Shown piece by piece: positions 17,701 through 22,046 of a stretch of DNA of 22,046 bases (position 1 is its first letter; each line of letters begins with the position of its first letter). Both the position numbers and the translations under genes were made by a program. Origin of the DNA: Verrucomicrobiales bacterium (lineage in GTDB: Bacteria > Verrucomicrobiota > Verrucomicrobiia > Verrucomicrobiales > V1-33); assembly GCA_031411295.1 (NCBI GenBank), contig JANOAV010000026.1:1-22046 (forward strand). The letters run 5' to 3'. The notes beneath the pieces are model-generated. The model had not been told where the DNA came from. It worked only from the letters and a program-made list of their open reading frames with translations, and did not search any database.

Positions 17701-20700
17701 CAGTGACTCCGTTACTGGCAGTGCCGATCGTGATGATGCCTCCGCTGGCGGTTGTGATGGTGCCGCCCAGCGTGCCTGCACCGGTCAGCGTGCCGCCATT
17801 TTGCGTAATGGATCCCGTGCCAGCAGTGCCATCGATGGTGAATGTTCCCGCCGCTAACGTGATCGGCGTGTTCCCCAAGCTGGCCCCAGAGGGGACCGTC
17901 AGGCCGCCAGCAGTAAGCACCGTGGCTCCCGTGTAAGTATTGGCTCCTGTTAGCGTCAAACTCCCCGTGCCGATCTTTTCAAGAGCCACTGTGCCAGTTC
18001 CATCTTGGATGATGCCAGCATAGGTGGTGTTGCCATTTTGATGGCCAATGTAAAGTCTACTGGTCGTGGCGGCCACGCTGTTCGTGATCGTGCCACCCGT
18101 GCCAGCGATGGTATTTACCGCCTCGCTCATGCCGGCCAGATCAAACGTGCCACCAGTGTTGATGGTGAACGCACTGGCGTTGTAAATTTGATCGACGTAG
18201 TTCGTCGGGATGCCGACCGGCGGCGCATTCACTCCCGTGCCCGTTTGCGCGGTCACACTGCCACCCAGTTTCACCAGACCGCCGGAATTGATCGTCAGGC
18301 CAGTGCCGACGGCATGAACTGAGAGGTCGGCTCCCGTTTTCGCCAGAACGAGCGTGCCGCCATTGTTCGCGGTCGCGATGCCCGCGGAATTGTCCAAGGT
18401 TCCCGCGAGGACGAGCGTTCCCGCATTGGCTTCAAAAACAGGGCTCGTATTCACCGCCGTGCCATTGAGCGTGAGCATGCCGGAACCCGCCATGCGCAGG
18501 GTCGCCCGGTTCAGCGTGCCGCCAAAGGTCGTGGTCGTGGACTGGTTGCTCACGACCAAACCGGTTCCGGCGGTGGCCTGATTGATCGAGCCGCCCGTGC
18601 CAGAGAGGCTGGCAAAGGTGTGGGTCAGGTTGGACGGGTCGAAGGTGCCACTGTTGGCGATCAGATTCGTGCTGGAGGGCAGGAGGCCAGCAGCGCTGAA
18701 ATTCAGCGTCCCGCCAGTGATCAACGTGTTTCCGGCATAAGTGTGCGTGTTGCTCTGGATGGTCACAGTTCCCGTGTCGTTTTTCTCGAAACCACCGGGA
18801 CCGACGAGCGAGCCCGAGATCGCTAATACGTTGGTTGAAGTCCCACCGATCTGGTTGACCGGGAGCCCGGCCACATCCCCAGCCTGAAGCGTGATCGTGC
18901 CTGTCAAGTTTGGTGTGCTGCCCCTGCTGGAAATGACGCCATCATTCAGGTTGATCGCCCGTCCGATGTTGAGGGTGCTGAACAATCCCAGCGTCCCTGC
19001 CGCATTCACGGTGATGGGCGCATCCGTGCTTGTCATCGCCAAGGTGCTCTGCACACCAAAGACGCCGCCGTTCACGACCACCGGTCCGAGGGTCGATCCC
19101 GTATTCGGTCCCCACCAGGACTCGTTCAGGCCCACTTTCGTGAGGGTAAAGCTTCCTCCCTGGAACAGCGTTAGAGACATGTCGAAGCGGCCATTCAAGA
19201 CCCCGCCCCAGGTCGTATCGCCCAAAAGGGTGACCTTGGCGGCCCCCGTGTTGTTTGTGATGGCTGCGCCCGAATTGAAGATCGCCCCATTTCCCCCGAC
19301 ACCCGTGCCCGAAACGCGGAGGTCGGCCATCTTGATGACAGGCGTGAGGCCGCCGAAGTCCAGCGTGCCGCCCGATGAGATTGTGACGACCGAACTTTGG
19401 TTCGCCAAGGCACTCACGGCCCCGAACTTGAGCGTGCCGCCAGTAACGCTGACATTTCCGTGCGTCGAGTTCGCTCCACTCAGCACCAGCGTGCCGCTAG
19501 CGACACTAACCGGCCCGGAGTAAGAAGTAGCGGAGGCCAGCGTGACCGTTCCCGTGTTGCTTTTCGTAATGCCGCCGACACCAGTGAACGAGCCGGTCAG
19601 CGTGTAGTCGTTTCCGGTGGAGTTGTTGAAAGTTAGATTGCCGATTTCCGGGGCACCCGAGACGGTGATCGCTTTGTTGGCGCCCGAATCGTCGAACAGA
19701 ACTGCGTCACTGGGGAAGAAGGTCGAAGCCGCATTGTTCGACGCGAGCTTGAAATTCGACGTCGTATTCACATCCCAGGTCGCATTCGTCGCCCCAGTCC
19801 AGATGAGGGAATCCACGGCGGAAACATTCAAATCCACCCGTCCGTCGGCCGTGTTATCCACCAGATTGGCCGTGATGTGCGGATAAGTGCCCACGGTCCC
19901 GAGCGTAAATCCGCCGTAGCCGTTGCCGCCGATGGTTCCAGCGTAGTCGATGAGCTTGTAAGTCCCAATGCTGAACGCGGCGGCAGACGGAGAGACCGTC
20001 ACCGTCGTCCCCGCGGTGGTGAGAGCCGTCGGACTGATGACCGCAGCTGCCGCAGGCGTGCTCAGGATCGGGCGGAAAGCCGTCGCACCAGCCGAGCCAA
20101 ACGTCAGCGAGGCCGCGCTAATCGCGCCCCCATTGAGCCCCGCACTCAGAGTTGCAGTGTCAGCAACCGTGATCGTTCCAGCAGCGCCACTCGACAAAAC
20201 GAGCGTGCCGCCGCTGACCGTGGTCGCCCCGGCATTGTTCCACACGCCACTGGCGACAAGCGAACCTGTGCCAGTCTTATCGATCGTGGCCGAAGCTCCG
20301 ACTGTGAGGGTCCCAGGCAAGGTGCGCGTCGCATTGCCGGTGAAGGCCAGCGTGCCCGCATTGACCGTCCACGAATCTGCATCGACAATCCCTGTTTCAA
20401 GTTCCATCCGGCCCGTGCCGTTCTTCACCAGGTGCAGTGCACCGGTGGTCCCTGGCGTCGTCGTGCTCCCCTGCACGGCGGCACTTTTGAGGATGTCCGT
20501 GGTGGCCGGAGCGGTCGTGAAAGTGAGGGTGCTCGGCGTGGCGAGACTCGAGTTGCGGATGATGTGTCCCGTGCCGGTCGAGGTCGTAAATGTGCGCAGT
20601 GCGGCCACCGTTTGATTGAAGCCGCTCATCTCGAGACGCCCGCTCGTTGTGCTGTTCTGGCCGATCTGCAACTCCACCCCGGTCGCCAGCGCATCGTTGA

Positions 20701-22045
20701 TTCCAAGCTGCATCTGCCCATCGGAAATTTGCGTGCCCTTCCAGATGTTGCCCGTCGAGTTCACGATCACCGTGCCGGTGTCGGTATGGGTAAAGTTGCG
20801 GTCGGTTCCGAAGTTGACGTTGCCTGCGATGACGACCGTGCCTGCGCCGCGGGCGGCCATGGTGCCCGTGCCAGCGGCTCCGCTGGAAGTCAGATTACCG
20901 GTGAGTGTCAGCGTGGTGGCGCTCGCTGCGTTGATCTGGGCGAAGCCCGTGCCTGCGAGAACAATGTTGCCTGCCCAGGTGTTGTTGTTTGCCCCGTTGA
21001 GGAAGGTGCTGCGCAGGTCGCCGGTGGTGTTCGTGTTCAGTGTCACCGTCTTGCCCGCGCCCGCGGTGATGGTGCCGCGAATATCCAGCGTCGTCGCGCT
21101 GGCCGACGCCACCGCCGTGAGATTGATGGCCGTGCTGTTACCAAAGCCGCCCGCATTCGAAAGCCGCAGCGTGCCGGCTTGGATGTCGCTGATTCCCGAG
21201 TAAGTGCCGGCACCGTTCAATTCGAGGATGCCCGCGCCGATCTTGGTCAGCGGGAACGCGCCGCCAACCGCACCGATTAGCAACTCCGCATTGGCCTGCG
21301 GATCAAAGATCGAGTTTCCAGTCATCGTGACCGCACCGAAATTGATCTGCCCGACGCCGGTGGTCGCGTTTGCACCGCGGGTCACCGACAAGGTTTGCGC
21401 ACCGATCGAGAGCGTGCCCAGCGTGTGGGTGGCTGCGGCACCGCCGGAGATCAGACGATCCGAGGCGATGGTGGTTGAGGCAGTGACCGTGGTGTTGCGC
21501 GCAAAACTCAACCCCGACTCATTGGCGAGTTGCAGCGTGCCGCCGCCAAGCGAAAGCGTCGCTGCCCCTGTGCCGAGCGCCTGCACACTGGTCGTGGCGC
21601 GCAGGATGCCCCCCGAGAGCGTCGTGACCCCGGTGTAGGTATTGACCCCCGAGAGAGTGAGGGTGCCCGCTGCGGATTTCGTGATGCCGCCCGCGCCAGA
21701 ACCGACGATACCGGTGATCGCCATGTCGCCCGCTCCGTTCACCGTGATCAGATTCGCCCCATTAGTGATCGCGCCGAGAGTTAGCAACGCGTTGGCACCC
21801 GCCGTAAAGGTCGGCGCTCCCGTGAGCGTCACCGCGCCGAAAGTCACGCCGCCAATGCCCGTCGTCGCGTTCGCGCCGCGCGCCACATTCAAAGTAAAAG
21901 CTCCGATGCTCAGCGTGCCGAGGGTGTGCGTGATGCCCGCAGAGGCGGCGGTGAGTTTGTTGGAATTGATCGTCGTCGTGCCGCCGACCGTCGTGTTGTA
22001 GGCATTCACCGTCGTGTCGGTCGCGAGGTCGAGCGTGCCGCCGTT
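11723..22045 (-). CDS. Giant autotransporter-associated beta-strand (PATR) repeat surface protein with PEP-CTERM tail; 5'-truncated by window edge, at least 3440 aa
   Basis: The frame is open from the window end (NGGTLDLATDTT precedes the GTG called at 22009) to TAA at 11723. At least 13 PATR-type repeats (e.g. LTKVGTGTTTISGNNTYTGNTNINGGTL; LEKIGTGSLTLTGANTYTGATVLTAGGL). G/T/A/N/S-rich. C-terminal VPEPS-AIASLLALFGLAGF-KERRR. Confidence 0.93.
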   Translation of the reverse strand, partial: NGGTLDLATDTTVNAYNTTVGGTTTINSNKLTAASAGITHTLGTLSIGAFTLNVARGANATTGIGGVTFGAVTLTGAPTFTAGANALLTLGAITNGANLITVNGAGDMAITGIVGSGAGGITKSAAGTLTLSGVNTYTGVTTLSGGILRATTSVQALGTGAATLSLGGGTLQLANESGLSFARNTTVTASTTIASDRLISGGAAATHTLGTLSIGAQTLSVTRGANATTGVGQINFGAVTMTGNSIFDPQANAELLIGAVGGAFPLTKIGAGILELNGAGTYSGISDIQAGTLRLSNAGGFGNSTAINLTAVASASATTLDIRGTITAGAGKTVTLNTNTTGDLRSTFLNGANNNTWAGNIVLAGTGFAQINAASATTLTLTGNLTSSGAAGTGTMAARGAGTVVIAGNVNFGTDRNFTHTDTGTVIVNSTGNIWKGTQISDGQMQLGINDALATGVELQIGQNSTTSGRLEMSGFNQTVAALRTFTTSTGTGHIIRNSSLATPSTLTFTTAPATTDILKSAAVQGSTTTPGTTGALHLVKNGTGRMELETGIVDADSWTVNAGTLAFTGNATRTLPGTLTVGASATIDKTGTGSLVASGVWNNAGATTVSGGTLVLSSGAAGTITVADTATLSAGLNGGAISAASLTFGSAGATAFRPILSTPAAAAVISPTALTTAGTTVTVSPSAAAFSIGTYKLIDYAGTIGGNGYGGFTLGTVGTYPHITANLVDNTADGRVDLNVSAVDSLIWTGATNATWDVNTTSNFKLASNNAASTFFPSDAVLFDDSGANKAITVSGAPEIGNLTFNNSTGNDYTLTGSFTGVGGITKSNTGTVTLASATSYSGPVSVASGTLVLSGANSTHGNVSVTGGTLKFGAVSALANQSSVVTISSGGTLDFGGLTPVIKMADLRVSGTGVGGNGAIFNSGAAITNNTGAAKVTLLGDTTWGGVLNGRFDMSLTLFQGGSFTLTKVGLNESWWGPNTGSTLGPVVVNGGVFGVQSTLAMTSTDAPITVNAAGTLGLFSTLNIGRAINLNDGVISSRGSTPNLTGTITLQAGDVAGLPVNQIGGTSTNVLAISGSLVGPGGFEKNDTGTVTIQSNTHTYAGNTLITGGTLNFSAAGLLPSSTNLIANSGTFDPSNLTHTFASLSGTGGSINQATAGTGLVVSNQSTTTTFGGTLNRATLRMAGSGMLTLNGTAVNTSPVFEANAGTLVLAGTLDNSAGIATANNGGTLVLAKTGADLSVHAVGTGLTINSGGLVKLGGSVTAQTGTGVNAPPVGIPTNYVDQIYNASAFTINTGGTFDLAGMSEAVNTIAGTGGTITNSVAATTSRLYIGHQNGNTTYAGIIQDGTGTVALEKIGTGSLTLTGANTYTGATVLTAGGLTVPSGASLGNTPITLAAGTFTIDGTAGTGSITQNGGTLTGAGTLGGTITTASGGIITIGTASNGVTAATLTAGGLTFSGGAIINADFTGTVLDKIALGAGALNLSGTNTVNVALGGAGWVTGVYPLISYGTLASGGVANFTLSTPVGHNVVNFTDAGGAINLDVTAGTVKWNGNVIGGVWDNNNVLNWQSADFKYLNGDNVLFDDSAAGPSFNPTVTTANVTPASVTFNNSTNAYTLSGGTLGIAGAGQLFKQGTNTVTLTNANTYTGATNVQNGTLIANYNSGTATTVLAATSTINVSSGATFRAVTNDANFTLANALTGTGTVVIDPHLAASVAVRDVTISGNNTGFTGTLRLSPTNGVATGLGTFRTIALTPTTAGGATIDVDSGGQAWINGSTFANSFILTGMGYAEAAGGTPVAASGLTQYSGATKGGIGAIRMDTGAIISGNITLDGNAKIMPYNGTGTISGSIGVTNASDTLVVGGGGAGSTLILTGTNNVGANSLKNIFVNSGGTAGTNVLAIGANGTTGTLGTGSVTLNGDAAAVGLLRFDRSDGYSLVAGNTITGSGTTLGNTFIEFDTQGTGFSSNGNAITLGTAAAGGTFRVGQNRANTVTSINAGLTGTNLLVGSGAAGATLNLNSGATVSATALTIGASAAGTGATVNISTGATVNVANVSVAVAATNATLNITGGTVNATGNFFVGEQSGFSGTVNQSGGDVSAGTHFRIGHWPSNTSAYNISGGSLTAANINSATDPSGGAEQNGGIYLGVDGTGTMTQSNSMVTTDFIVLDNRGDTVAGTNMPDGIDRYTLNSGTLVFRSQWGLTQRNVTTAVTLAGGTIRNGGTNLQVRMDTAPDISGALTLDTVSAGNSFNWIRNLTGAGSVTLSGGGTMKFTTTGTQTVSVPISGTGAVEKLGTGTTTLSATNTYNGATTITAGRLNLGGSIANSALTLASGASVAGEVTAASLTFNGGTIIIDPNTGGALTATGALTTTGTNLVDFTALPTGLGPFTVVNYGTTFTGTTSNFALATPANFRSPAFADTGSGVGPASITLNFATADLIWTGTGGNTWNIATTTNWNDTTPAASAFYTGDRLTLDDSALGSATSITLAGSLQPGALTVNSSAGGNNYTLTASAGNVITAGTSLLKTGTSTLTMAGNVANTFTGGSTIAQGAVNLQHIQSLGTGVITLNNATTGANNTSLYLDTNRPAGSTYVSNITIANQGTGTSTLGSRANVGSTGVMGFQNITLAKDVTFDSNAADRTDYNNISGTGNVTVGGTGRSLFMSANTWVGDLIVSTTGAGSLQIGTVSGVLNAIPDTANVTVNSGALLNLSVSGNESINGLNGAGTLGINSANSTLTVGASNGGGSFSGIMQGSGANTLTLVKAGTGTQIISGANTYGGTTTISGGILQVGAGGASGQLGTGAVSLATGTSLSYLRTGSVTQTGALNSATAGAGTLNVDGGAVLTLNVGGNFSGTVNVLNGSLVAGATNVWATGASAPAVNLSAGTSLTNTGNSNLVHLGNVSLNGATITTGTGIGSTDGENYLLNGNVTVTGTAPSFITRDVSRSDANSGFSLNGVRTFDVADVTTSTAADLTVSTELENPSGVVGGLTKISNGTMVLANNNSYTGVTTITAGTLQIGAAGTTGTLGSGNVVNDAALVFNRSNAQVVLNAISGVGTVIQAGTGTTTFNAAQTYSGGTIIAAGTLSLSGAGSLANAGTVDLNGATGSLDLSGISATSETIGSLAGVAGSSVVLGAKTLVTGGNNGSTSFGGVISGTGGFTKEGSGSQTMTAAQTFTGGTNLTGGSLILTGSGALADTSAVNLAASTIFDIAGITSPSETVGSLSGASTSSVVLGDRSLVFGLDNANTTFSGVASGTDGSLTKVGTGTTTISGNNTYTGNTNINGGTLLMASSNTLPDTAALNLSSGATLNTGGYSDTTGALSVTNTVNFDMGSSAGSALTFANIGTWTGLLNVWNYTGAAWTVGTDKLIFTAGGVALDDLHVNFYGGPVGDTASLIGTGGGGLIGNELVPVPEPSAIASLLALFGLAGFKERRRFFHFRK

Positions 22046-22046
22046 G

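Noticed and set aside
12222..22001. Many plus-strand ORFs opposite the giant gene, including the 350-aa and 467-aa ones
   Set aside because: Antisense shadows of a GC-rich Gly/Thr/Ala repeat gene (Val/Pro- or Arg-rich translations) with no recognisable motifs.

Overview
Bacterial window, most likely Verrucomicrobiota (inferred from the PEP-CTERM proteins, the giant PATR-repeat protein and the repeat style). From left to right: (1) a ~630 bp repeat-rich patch with a nested inverted-repeat REP/MITE-like element and a partial tandem copy, a gene fragment, a 7-mer microsatellite and a GGAG-type REP-like hairpin; (2) an NAD-dependent aldehyde dehydrogenase (-) divergent from a SNF2-family ATPase (+); (3) a low-GC PEP-CTERM gene (-) between two 117-bp direct repeats, apparently the surviving member of a collapsed, translationally coupled tandem array; (4) a three-gene signalling operon (+) encoding an orphan PhnD-like periplasmic binding protein, a membrane HAMP/HisKA_2 kinase and a soluble REC-PAS-GAF-HK-REC hybrid kinase; (5) the 3' 10.3 kb of a giant (at least 3440 aa) beta-strand-repeat surface protein with a PEP-CTERM tail (-), running off the window end. 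I saw no rRNA, tRNA, CRISPR array or intact transposase. The best candidates for something undescribed are the binding-protein/two-kinase cascade and the PEP-CTERM cassette structure. All family assignments come from reading motifs by eye, not from database searches.
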